DNA of 64,000 bases from Camelus ferus (lineage: Eukaryota), in NCBI RefSeq assembly GCF_009834535.1, contig NC_045696.1:70868001-70932000 (forward strand), written 5' to 3'. Below the pieces are notes generated by a model. That model was not told the origin of the DNA, made no database searches, and was given only the letters and a program-made list of their open reading frames with translations. This document shows positions 49,720-61,480 of the stretch, one piece after another. The translations under genes and the position numbers were made by a program. How positions within the stretch are numbered: the first letter of the stretch is position 1; each line of letters opens with the position of its first letter.

Positions 49720-52225
49720 AAACTATAAATTTGGCCACAAACATCGTCAATATGAGAGTCGTGACTCGCCTCCCCTCCCAGGTCAACACCCTTCCCTCTC
49801 CTGACTCAGGGTCTCTGCTTCTTTTCTATCTCAAAAGAAGTTATTTCTTTTTGCTTAGAGTCATCCTTCCCCTGTGTTCCAGGCTCTCGCTTTTTGGAAC
49901 TTGCTTCAAATATACCTGATCTCCTCCCTCTTCATCCTCATGGATTCTTTCTCCTTGTCTGGATTTCCCTCATTTCCTTTCCATTTCACTTTCCCCCAAA
50001 CTGCCAGAGAGCAGTCCAATTGCCTTGTCTCCACATTCTCACCACCCACACTGAACCCATCCCAGCCTAGCTTCAGCCCCTGTCCCTTAGTTGAGACTCT
50101 TCCAAGATCACCAAGGACTCCCAGTTGTCAGTCGAAAGGCTTCCTGTCTGTCTTGATCCTACTGAGCTCTCTGCACTGTCACTCTTGGCCACTCCCTTGC
50201 TCTGAAAAGTCTTTCCTCCCTGGGTCTTCTGGATCCTTCTTCTACTTTCCATTCTCTCCTTCCCGTTAGCTCTTGTGGGTCCTCCTGCTCTGTAAATACA
50301 GGTTCTCCCCGGAGTCCACTCTCTGGCTCCCTTCTTGCTGTACACATTCTCTCCAGACAATCTTGTTGACTCACATTGCTTCCACTTTTATTTTTATTAA
50401 GCTATTTCCCAGATCTCCAACTCCACCTCCGTATTTCAGACCCACATTTTTCAATAGCTGTCTGGGGAGATGCACATGGAAACCCAACCAACATTTTAAA
50501 GGTAGTTCTTGCCAGAGAATGACTATTCTTTTGCTATATGAGAGTTATAGATTCTACATATTTAAGGTATTTTATATTTTCATGATAATGATAAGAAAAG
50601 CCTGGCTGTTTGCTCGCTGAAACAACCACACAAATACACACACCCTTGAGATCTTGAGCAAGAGCAGTGGGCATGCATCCCTCGAACACCCTTACTTCTC
50701 AGTACCTGATTTTGTTCTCCACCCACCTCCACCACGCACTTCACAACCATTCTGTAGATCTGCACTTACCAATAACTAAAGCCAACAATTGCAGTCATGC
50801 ATCCCAGTTTTTGCCTTCATCTTCTGTATTTCTAGTTCACTCCCCCATTACCCAAACTCCAGGAATGCTTTGCCCCACAAGGACCTAATTTCCATTGATT
50901 GTACCACCCTTCCAGTTCCTCAGTCCCCGAAATCCCCTTTCCTCCTAGCCACATTTAATGTCCTCAGCCAATTATTATAATTGCTCTATTTATCTCAGTC
51001 TAATTCTTTTGCCCTTTTGTTACTTCATGATACTCAGAAAAACTACAAACCAGGCTAAATCCAGCCCTCCACCTACTCCACACCTGCCCTCATGCACCTG
51101 AGTCTGGCTGGAGAAAAAGACACAAACTGCTGGCTGTCTTCACTCTAAATCCATGACCGTGACCCTCAAGCACATTTCTACCATAGCCAGGTGATCATCC
51201 TACACATCCTAATCCTTTCACCCTCCTGTGGTCCTAAATGACAATTTTTTTCACTTGTTTTCCCCTCAGATCTCCAACACCTCTCTATTCTCACTCTTAC
51301 TTGTGATCTGGCTTCTTGTTTTACTGAGGAAATGAAATCTGTCAAAAAAGGAGGACAGTTTTGGACTCTTACCACCACATCATCCCACCTACCGCATCTG
51401 TGTCAGTGTCTCTGTAACACCTCTTTCGACTACAGATAAACCATCTGTGATCCTGTCAAAAGCCAACCCCTCTCCAACTCAAGGCTGTCTCTCCAGTTAG
51501 TCTACCCTCTCTCTCTCTCATATCATCAGATTGTCCCTCTTTACTAAGTCTTTCCCATAAACTTATAATCATACTATTATTTCTCCCATTTTCAAAGAAA
51601 AACTCTTGACCCTTCCTCCCCCTCCGGCTGCCGTCTCATTTCTCTGCTCCCGTTCATAAAAAACCAGTTGACAGTATTACTTGTACTCACTGTCTCCAGT
51701 TCTCCAATGAATCCACTTCAATCAGGCTTTTTTAAAAAAAAATCTTATTTGCTTTTTTGTGGGGGGGAGGTAATTAGGCTTGTTTGTTTGTTTCTTAATT
51801 TTTTTTTTTAATGGATGTACTTGGGATTGAACCCAGGACCTCATGCATGCTAGGCATGCACTCTACCAATGAGCTATACCTTCCCCTGACTTCAATCAGG
51901 CTTTTGCCTCTATCACACTACCAATGTCTCTGAACAGGGTCACCAATGACTTCGTTATTGCAAAATCTGATGATCAGCCTGCAGTCCCCATCTTACTTGC
52001 CCTATCAACACACCTGGCACAGTTCTTCACCTCTTCCTCCTGTAAATACTCTCTACCAAGACACCATACTCTAGGTTTTCCTTCTCCCACACTGGCTGTT
52101 CCTTCTCAGCCTCTTGGTTCTTCAACTTGTACTTCTTTACTTTGGAGTCCTCCAGGGTACTCATTCACTTCTTTCTCTATACTAACTCCTTTGGCAATCT
52201 CATCCAATGTTAGGATGTTAAATAT
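49720..52225. mobile_element. Fragmented L2 LINE
   Basis: Pyrimidine-rich L2 text: caagatcaccaaggactccc, cagggtcaccaatgacttc, cccattttcaaagaaaaactcttgaccc. Confidence 0.7.
51732..51888 (-). mobile_element. tRNA-derived SINE (Vic-1-like) inserted in L2
   Basis: ggggattgaacccaggacc head; perfect 17-bp TSD acttcaatcaggctttt at 51715-51731 and 51889-51905. Confidence 0.9.
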
Positions 52226-53988
52226 CTTTTTTGTTTTAAACATTCAACATTTCTCTAAATTGAAGTATAGGTGATTTACAATATTGTGTTACTTTCAGGT
52301 ATACAGTAAAGTGATTCAGTTATATATGTATTTTTTCAGATTACTTTCCACAAGTTATTTTCCATTAAATATACCTTTCCATTAAAGGTAAGATATTGAA
52401 AATAGTTTCCTATACTATACAGTAAATCTTTATTGCTTATCTAGCTTATGTATGGTACTTTGTATCTGTTAATCCCATACTCCTAATTTATCCTTCTTCC
52501 CTTTCCTTTCCTGTTTGGTAACTGGAAGTTTGTTTTCTATATCTGTGAATCTGTTTCTGTTGTGTACATAGGTTCATTTATATTATTTTTTAGATATCAT
52601 ATACCATTTGTCTTTCTCTGTCTGACTTACTTCACTTAGTATGATATTCTCTAGGTCCATCTGTGTTACTGCAAATGGCAATATTTTGTTCTTTTTTATG
52701 GCTGAGTAATATTCCATTGTGTGTGTGCAATATATGTATATCTCACATCTTCTTAAACCAATCATCTGTTGATATTGTTAAAATGGCCATACTACTCAAA
52801 GCAATGTACAAATTTAATGTGATCCCTATCAAAATATCCATGACATTTTCCACAACATTAGAATAAGTAATCCTAAAATTTATATTGAATCACAAAAGAC
52901 CTAGAACTGTCAAAGCAATCCTGAAAAAAAAAAAAAAAAAGAACAAAGCTGGAGGCAAAACCCTCTCAGACTCCAGACAGCACTACAAAGCTTCAGTAAT
53001 CAAAACAGTGTGGTATTGGCACAAAAATGGATATATAGATCAATGGAACAGAATAGAGCCCAGAAATAAAGCCACACATCTATGGTCAATTAATCTATGA
53101 CAACGGAAGCAAGAATATACAATGGAAAAAAGACAGTCTTTTTACCAATTCGTGTTGGGAAAATTGGACAGCCTCATATAAATCAGTGATATAAGACCAC
53201 TACCTTACAGCATATACAAAAATAAACTCAAGATAGTTTAAATACCTAAATATAAGACATGATACCATAAAACTCCTAGAAGAGAACATAGGCAAAACAT
53301 TCTCTGACATAAATCATAGCAATATTTTCTTAGATCAATCTCCCAAGGCAAAAGAAATAAAAGCAAAAATAAACAAATTGGGCCTAATCAAAAGGTTTTG
53401 CATAACAAAGGAAATCATCAACAAAATGGAAAGACAACCTACAGAGTGGTAGAAAATATTTGCAAGTGCAACTGACAAGGGGTTAATATCCAAAATATAC
53501 AGACAGCACATCTTATTTAACAGCATCAAAAACAAATAACCCAATCAAAAAATGGGCAGAAGACCTAAACAGACATCTCACCAAAGATATACAGGCACAT
53601 GAAATGATGCTTAATATCACTAATTGTTAGAGAAATGCAAATCAAAACCACAATGAGGTATCACCTCACACCTGTCAGAATGACCATCATCAAAAAGTCT
53701 ACAAATAATAAATGCTGAAGATGATGTGGAGAAAGGGAATCCTCCTTCACCATTGGTGGGAATGTAAATTGGTGAAGCCACTATGGAAAACAGTACAGAG
53801 TTTCCTTAAAAACCTAAAAATACAGCTACCATATGATTCAGCAATCCCATTCCTGGGCATATATACAGAAAATTCTAATTCGAAAACACATGCCCCCCAA
53901 TATTCGTAGAAGCATTATTCACAATTGCCAAGATATGAAAGCAACCTAAATGTCTATCAAAAAATGAATGGATAAAGAAGATGTGATA
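52226..53988. mobile_element. L1 with inverted structure: 3' end on minus (about 52226-52770) abutting ORF2 segment on plus (about 52771-53988)
   Basis: Minus ORF gives FAVTQMDLENIILSEVSQTEKDK; plus strand gives IVKMAILLKAMYKFNVIPIK through [14 protein letters not shown]; the switch is at tctgtt|gatattgttaaaatgg. Confidence 0.85.
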
Positions 53989-54134
53989 CCTTATGGCATA
54001 CAAACATGTAAAGACAGGGAAAGATGTTCAATATAGCACATAACTACATTTTTGCTAAGTTAAGGACATTTTCAACATTACATTATGTAGAATATGAAAC
54101 CTCAGCTCCAGGGACACACACAGGGTCTTCAGAT

Positions 54135-55035
54135 CCTTTTTCAACTTCAGCCCCAGAGGCAGCAGCCATTGCAGTGTGAATGACCAAGAAGGACTGGATT
54201 GCCACTTATGAACTCCTTTTTCAGGAGCAGGTGATGGTGGCCAGGAAGGATGTCCATATGCCTAAACACCCCGAGCTGGCAGACAAGGATGTGCCCAATT
54301 TTCACATTATGAAAGCCATGCAGTCTTACATCACCTGGCTACAGGAAGGACAGCTTGCCTGGAGACATTCCTACTGGTACCTTTCCAACAAGGGTACCCA
54401 GTACTTCTGTGATTAACCTCCACCTGCCCCCTGAGACATGCCTGCCAACCTGCACTGCATTCAACCCGAGACTGCAGACCACAGCCCATGGGTCTAGAGG
54501 GAGAACAACCTGCGAGACTCACAGGAGGGGAAGTGGACAGAGATGCCTACGACCAAGCACTGTGCCCCCTGGTGCCGACAGGAGAGCTGAGGCCAGGCTG
54601 GATCAGAGACCAAATTCCAGTTTAAAGGTGGATTTGTTACAAAACAGAAAAAGACTCACATACATAGAAAATAAACTTATGTTTACCAAAGGGGAAGAGG
54701 AAGAAGGGATAAATTGGGAGTATGGGATTAGCAGATGCACACTGCCATATAAAAAACAGAAAAACAACGAGGTTTTGCTGTATAGCACAGGGAATTACAT
54801 TCAATATCTTGTAATAAGCTATAATAGAAAAGAATAAAAAAGAATATAGACATATGCATATACATGTATAGCTGAATCACTTTGCTGTACACCTGAAACT
54901 AACACAATATTGTAAATTAACTACTTCAATAAAAATGTTTTAATAAAAATAAAAATAAAGGCGGATTTGGTCGTGGACATGGTCAGCCACCTCAGTCAAG
55001 TTGGAAGAGATTGTTTTGGGTTGAATAAATCCATA
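54135..55035 (+). pseudogene. RPS10: Processed pseudogene of 40S ribosomal protein S10 (eS10), interrupted by L1
   Basis: [40 protein letters not shown]...[10 protein letters not shown] matches RPS10; no introns; start decayed to gtgtga (54174-54179); frameshifts; C-terminal GGFGRGHGQPPQ at 54960-54995; AATAAA 55024-55029. Confidence 0.93.
54637..54955 (+). mobile_element. L1 3'UTR fragment inside the RPS10 pseudogene
   Basis: TSD taaagg(t/c)ggatttg at 54623-54636 and 54956-54969; TTT/AAAG endonuclease-type site. Confidence 0.92.
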
Positions 55036-55131
55036 GAAAGAAAGACAGAGAGAGAGAAAGAAAGAAAGGTAGAGAGAGAGAAAGAAAGAAAAAGGAGGGG
55101 AAGGAAGGAAGGAAGGAAGGCAGGCAGGCAG
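55036..55131 (+). repeat. Compound purine-rich microsatellite (GAAA/GA/GGAA/GGCA)
   Basis: Read directly; sits where the RPS10 retrocopy poly-A tail is expected. Confidence 0.85.
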
Positions 55132-55419
55132 GCTGAGAACAGTTCTGCAACCTGGCCGGCCAGACCACTGGCTACTGAGGAATCTAGGAGAGGCTCAAAA
55201 ATGTAGGACCAAACGTAGCACTCTTTGAAAGGCTCTAGTTCTAGGGAGAGGAAGGCAACCTAGAAGAGGTAGGCACTACTTGCAGACTGAGAAATGAAAG
55301 AAAAGGGGGAAATGGTGAAAAGTAGGAGTCCTATGGAAATGAAAGAAAATCACAGTAACAGAAGACACACCAACTTTTCCCTCACAAAAGGACAATCTAT
55401 TAAAGAATTTCACTCCACT

Positions 55420-58060
55420 TATCACTAGAAGAGGGCATTCTTGAACTAAGGATCTTAGTAAGCCACCCAAGCCTTTCACCCTTCCCACAAAGAAACACCT
55501 GTTATTGACAGGCCAGGAAAATTCAACACACTTTTAAATAAACAAATGACAGGTAGAATCTATACCAAGCCACTATGAGAAGAAAATAATGACAGACTAA
55601 TATCTTCAGCTGACAAATTTATTCCCCTCCAAAACAGCAAAGAAACATGAAAATTGTGACACAATATCCAACACAAATTAAATATTATTAAATAGGCACT
55701 TGATGATGTAAAACACCAAAATTCAAATTTTCAGGATAGAAATGGACAAAATACAAGATGTGAAATGAGCTAAACAAACTGAGGAAAGAAACAAGAAAAA
55801 TTAAATAGCAATTTATATAATTATCCACTCAGTATGTTTGTACACTTCAAGCTTATATAATGTTATATGTCAATTACACATTTAAAATTTTTTATTTAAA
55901 TTTTTCAATTTTTTAAATTAAAGTTTTTATATTTTTAAATTAAAATTTCAAAAATAAAGACTTTAAAACTGCCATTATAAAAATGTTTAAGGATTTGAAG
56001 GGGAAAATTCATGAACACAGTGAGTGAATAAACTGGGGAAATCCAGTAGGTAAATGGAAACTATTGAAAGCATCATGTGGCTTAATCAGAAATAACGCAA
56101 ACCAGAAGACAATGGAACAACATCTATAAAATACTGAAGGGGAAAATGCTGCTAACCTCTCACTATGATTCATGCAGTGAAAATATCCTCAACAGTAAAG
56201 GCAACCAATAAAAGGAACCAGAGCTCCTTGTAGAAATAGCTGATTCCAGGGCTAGAACATGGAAAGTACAACATGAACCTGGGACATCTTATGGACCTAG
56301 AAAGTACTAATAAATATGGAGGGAATGGTTGAATTTAAAATCATCATTTTGCAACCATTTTAGTAAAAATCAGGAAAGTGGGTGCTAAATCTGTAAGGGA
56401 AATTTTTATTAGAAGCAGGATATTTACAAGGTCTTAAAATTTCTCCCCAAAGATGGCTTATTAATTGCAAGGAAAAACAAGTTGATAAAGCAGACAATAC
56501 CGGGCAATCCAAATCAACATCACCAATGATGGCAGGTGAACATGTGTCTTTAAATGTGATGCCCTGAAAAGAGCACAATGTCACATGTATATTATTATTG
56601 CCCAGGATGTGAGCTGAATCTGATCATAAGGAAACAATGAGATGCAATGTTAAATGCACAAAATTACCTAGTGAGTGTACCAAAAATGCTTAAACAGTTT
56701 AACATAATCAGATAAATCCAGAGTGTAGAACATTCCACAAGACAGCTAGATCAAGCTTTTGAAAAGTTAGTACCATGAAAAACTACCCCCCAAATTGGTA
56801 AGGGGGAACTGTTCTAGGTTAAAAGAAAATATGGAAACATAATAACTAACTTTGTTTTTAAATCATTTTTAAAAATATTTCTTTAAATTTTATCTTTTTA
56901 AAATCTTTTTTTATTTTTATTTTTGTTGGGGTGAGGTAATTTGGTTTGTTTGTTTGTTTGTTTTTAAATGGCAGTACTGGGTATTAAAACCAGGACCTCC
57001 TGGTAGCTCACTCTACCACTGAGCTATACCCTCCCCTCCAATAATTAACTTTAATATGTGACTCTTGACTCAATCCTAAATCAAAAAAAAAACAAAAAAA
57101 CAAAACAAAAAAAACACTGTTGAAGTAAGTTTAGGCACTAGCAGATTTTAAATATGAACTGAATATCAGAAGATAGTATTAAATTGGTGTTAAGTTTTTG
57201 GAGTGTGGTAATGACCTTGTAGTGTATAGGGAAATGTCCTTATTCTTAAAGCAAATACATGTTGAAGTATTTAGGACTAAAATGCCATGCTGTCTGCAAC
57301 TACTTTCCAATGATTCAGAAATACAAAAAGTAGAAAGAGAGAAAGTGTGACAAAATGTTAATTATTGGTGGTTAGGAAGAGGATATAAATCTCTATGTTC
57401 AGTGCACTATTCTTTCAACTTATATGTAAGTTTGAACATTTTTTAAATAAAAAGTTGAAAGAAAAATAAGACAAGAAAAATGACCTTGGAGAAAACAAGG
57501 CTAATTCAGAGAACAATAGAAAACTTAAAAATATACACATAGTATCTTCAGAGAAATTTGAGAAGCTATTACAAGCATAAAAAAAGCACTGAATACTCTA
57601 AAATCAGAAAATTCAGTAAACAAGATAGCACTCTTATAAACTGAAAATTTGATCACTGAAAAAAATTTTAATAGAAGGAACATAAAATAGATTTTAAAAA
57701 CAACAAAATAGAAAATGTGAGAGAAAACATAAAAGCTACAGAGGATCAGTCCAGGATTCTAACACCTGACTAATAGTCCCAGAAACTGGGAGTAGAACCA
57801 TGTGGTGGGAGGAGGGGGGAGAAATGGATATTTTCAAAAAATAAAACAAGCAAATATCCTAGAGCTGAAGAAAATTTGACTTCCATCCAAGATCCCAGGA
57901 CAACGAATGAAAAATAACTCCACCAAGGCACCCCAACATTTTTGTAGAAGTTCAAGGTGCTGTGGGGATTGTTAAAAGATACTAGAGATATAAACAAACA
58001 CAGTAACATGTCACCTACAAAGAACAAACAGTCAAGTAAGGTTCTGAACATTCTGACCAG
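55420..58060 (+). mobile_element. Old L1 fragments (L1M 5'/ORF1-like and L1MC/MD 3' end)
   Basis: A-rich; aataaaaggaaccagagctccttgtagaaatagctgattccagggct; agaggatcagtccaggattctaacacctgactaata. Confidence 0.65.
56854..57039 (-). mobile_element. tRNA-derived SINE (Vic-1-like, internally shortened)
   Basis: ctctaccactgagctataccctcccc; TSD aataa(c/t)taacttt at 56841-56853 and 57040-57052. Confidence 0.8.
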
Positions 58061-58586
58061 ATAGCTTGACGCTCACAGCCCTGAAGGAGTGAACCTCATA
58101 CCGGGTGGCGTCCCTGGGGGAGGCCCTTATGCTCTGCCCAATACCATTGTTACTGGCATATCTTTCTTTTTCACAAGAAAGTGAATCGTCTGAGTATGAG
58201 CAAGAATACCAACTTATTCATCTTTACCTCCCCCCCTCTTCTTTATTTCTAAAAGTCCTGCAAAGAATACACAAAGTTCTTTTGAACAAGCTCTAGTCAG
58301 TCTCTGTCTCTCTGCCCCTTCACTCCCTTGCCTCCCACTTTCTGTCCCCTTCTTTCTCTGCTCACCCGTTCATCCCAGGAACACAGAGTGAGACCCAGCG
58401 TGCTAGGTCAGGGGCATTCAAATGAATAAAGACCTCTCGTGGGTCCCATGAAGGAGTCCATAGCTGTGAGGAGACAGACCATGTGCAGGGATGTGGCCCT
58501 TCTGGGAGCCTGGCAGTCTCCTCCCCAACTTACATACAGCTCAGAATTCAGAGTACCTACACAATAGTTTAATGCTCCCTATTCTT

Positions 58587-58754
58587 TTTTTTTTTAAATT
58601 TTTGTTGAAATATAATTAACTTACAATGTTGTGTTAGTTACTGGTGTACAGCACAGTGATTCAGTCACACACACGCATATGTATTTTTTTCATTATAGGT
58701 TATTACAAGTTACTGAATATAGTTCCCTGTGCTATACAGTAGGACCTTGTTTAT
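58587..58754 (-). mobile_element. L1 3'UTR fragment
   Basis: Poly-T then ttgaaatataattaacttacaatgttgtgttag...ccctgtgctatacagtaggacc; imperfect direct repeat tgctccc(ta/ct)ttctt on both flanks. Confidence 0.8.
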
Positions 58755-59095
58755 TGCTCCCCTTTCTTAAACTTGAGTTAGACATGAATTAAATTTTCTA
58801 TTGTTTTAGTTTAAACATTTAGCTAGTTTTTGCTTATGGAATTCTCTAAAGGGTCAGGGGCTCCTGAGGAAAGAAAAGTTTCCTCCTTTGTATCATCCAG
58901 TTAGAATCCACAAGCTCCCTCCAAATCCTTCCTCTTGTGAGTTGTTCCTTGAAAGGGGAGGCCACAGGATGCAGCTGAGGCCACATCAGCAGAGCTTGGC
59001 CTGGCCTGACGGTGACAGCGGGCATGGCCCAGGGACAGTGGGTGCCATGGAAGGGGGACCTGGAGGGTGAGGCGTTTCACAGTTCCCAGAGGAGC

Positions 59096-59130
59096 GGCTC
59101 CCCCTAGTGGCAAAAAGTGGGAGCTGCAGC
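59096..59130 (-). promoter_or_regulatory. Candidate CTCF site with upstream module
   Basis: Minus strand ctgcagctccc-acttttt-gccactagggggagc: core close to CCACTAGGGGGCGC plus a TGCAG upstream motif. Confidence 0.55.
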
Positions 59131-59289
59131 GCTCTTCCGCCAAGCAAATGGCCAACACCAGTGCTAAGGCTTTTCAGGCTTTCCACACACACCCTCCGTC
59201 CCCACCTCACAGACACTGGACCCCCTTTTTGGAGTCTGCCTGTAGAAAAGGCACAGGTCACAGCCCCTCTCTGTGACCAAAAAGACCTC

Positions 59290-59552
59290 TGATACAAAGT
59301 AAATAAGTCACAGGTGTAATGCACAGAATAGTAACTATAGTTAATAACACTGTATTGCATGTTTGAAAGTTGTCAAGAGAGATCTTAAAAATTCTCATCA
59401 CGAGAAAACAATTTTTGTAACTCTGTGTGGTGATGGACATTAACTAGACTTATGGCAGTGACCATTTTGCAAAATATACAAATATTGAATTATTATGTTG
59501 TACACCTGAAACTAATGTATTTGTCTACGTCAATTATACCTCAATAAAAAAC
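59290..59552 (+). mobile_element. L1 3' end fragment
   Basis: gtaactatagttaataacactgtattg...tgttgtacacctgaaactaat...caattatacctcaataaaaa. Confidence 0.82.
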
Positions 59553-60896
59553 TTTTACTTAGAAGGACCTCTAATGGAATAAGCCCTCCCTGCCCCAGCG
59601 CTTTTAGTCTTAATGGCCAAGTGTGTGTGCAGTAAGTTTCTGCAACTGCAGCCCAAACCCTGATTCTCATCAGCCAGACCACAGACGTTCCCTTTGCCCC
59701 CAGCAGTCCGTGAGACGCTGTTCCTGGCTGCCAGCCTCTCCATGGCATCAGCTGCTCTCTGGAACGCAGCTCCAGTTTTGGAGGTGCTGGGGCTCTCCTG
59801 GACCCTTTCTAGCCCAGTACTTGGCACCTAATCCAGAATATCTCTTTCCTCACCTGGCTCTCAGGGATGAAGGGGAAAGTCTAGTGGGGAGGGATCCAGG
59901 CCCAGATGGAGTCCACACAGCAGAGGCCCCACCTGGTGGCCAACCTCCACTAGCCTAAAGCTGTCTCTGAGAAGCACAGTCTCACAAAGTTTGCTCTCCG
60001 TGAGAGCTACCCTCTGGCTGTTCCTATTTAACTATTTCCACTCCCAGTGGTCCCCAGGCCACATAATCTTAGAGGACATATGCAGAATCCCAGAGCCCCT
60101 GCCACAGGCACAAAGCACAATCCTGACAACCAAGCCAGGCACTCAGCTAGTTAGTTGGTCAGAACACAATCACAGGTGCCCTCAGAGACCGTGGGGCGTG
60201 GGGAGGGTACACCATGCAGACTGTGTCAGTAGAGTTCTCTGAGGAGCAGAGGCTGACAGAACTGAGAGTGCACAAGGTTCATCAGTGAGTAACATCATGA
60301 AAGAAAGGGGAGGAAAACGGACTGGGGATGGACAGCTGTCACAATGCAGACTTGACCGTTTCTGGAACAAAGATGTCCAAGATTTCCTGTTCAGAGTCCC
60401 TTGTTGGGCAGAAACAGCCAGGCCCTATACTATCATCATGCTCACATTGGCTGGGCTCAGCTCAAAAATGGAATTGATCTTGAACGTGGACCCAGACACT
60501 GAGGCTGTCAGCTCATCTCAGTCCGCAAAGCTTCTTGAAGGAGAAGCAGGAGGTGCAGCCCTGTGTCTGCCACCATGCGTGCCTTGTGCTGTGTGGACCA
60601 CTTTTCCACACACAGACTCTGGGGGCCTGTCTTCCTTCAGGAAAACCTACAAGAGGGAAGTTAAGGGAATGAAATAGAGACCCCCATTTGCTGAAGTTGG
60701 TCTTGGGACCACAGGTGGTACCTGTCTCCTCCCTCCTCTGCCATTCATTCTAAATTCCCCTTACCCTCAGCTACCACTCCTGTGGTCTCAGTGGTTTACC
60801 TGTGGTATGACCCAAGCCCTGGTTCTTGAGGAGTCTGAGGCCCTGGTAACAAGGAAGGTGCACCATCCAGACCCTCCTTCAAGAAAAGACATGCCA

Positions 60897-61080
60897 TGGA
60901 GGGAGGGTAGAACTCAGTGATAGAGCACATGCTTAGCACGCATGCGGTCCTGGGTTCAATCCCCAGGACCTCCATTTAAAAAGAAATAAACCTAATTACC
61001 TAATAAGTAAACCTGATTACCTCCCCCCACAAAACAACAAACAAAAAAGTATTGCTTTAAAAAAAAAAAAGAAAACAAAC
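60897..61080 (+). mobile_element. tRNA-derived SINE (Vic-1-like)
   Basis: ggagggtagaactcagtgatagagcac A-box, ggttcaatccc B-box, aaacctaattacct tail (duplicated), A-rich end. Confidence 0.85.
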
Positions 61081-61081
61081 C

Positions 61082-61480
61082 AGAAAAGAAGTGCTGACCA
61101 CCTGTGATGAGTGTCGTTAGCTGACAGCCTCCAGCTGTTCATTTCCTCAGAATGGGCCCCCGCCCGTAACTGAGTAAGACGGTGGCACAGGACCTAGCAT
61201 TGTAACAATCGTTGCTCTGGAGCTGCCCCATTGGGCAGTAGTTTATCATATTTGCATTTCCAAACTTGATGGCTGCCCCTGCTCAATCCTGCTCTCTCCC
61301 TTTCCTTTCACAGTTGTTCCCCTCCAATAAAACCTCTGCACCTAACTCTGCACTCCTAACTCTGTCTCAGCAACCGCTTCCTGGAGAGCCCAACCTGTAA
61401 CGCTTGGTACCAGGAGTGGCCCAAGAAAGCATCCCCCATGAAAGAGGCACTAAGGAAACAAAACGACTCAGCCAGCCTTT
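61082..61480 (+). mobile_element. LTR16-like ERVL LTR and start of internal sequence
   Basis: gacagcctccagctg...ccaataaaacctctgcac...cttcctggagagcccaacctgtaac then ttggtaccaggagtgg. Confidence 0.6.

Noticed and set aside
54355..54837. 160-aa ORF as a chimeric RPS10-L1 gene
   Set aside because: Non-ATG start, out of frame with RPS10 for nearly all its length, and runs into L1 3'UTR; no promoter evidence
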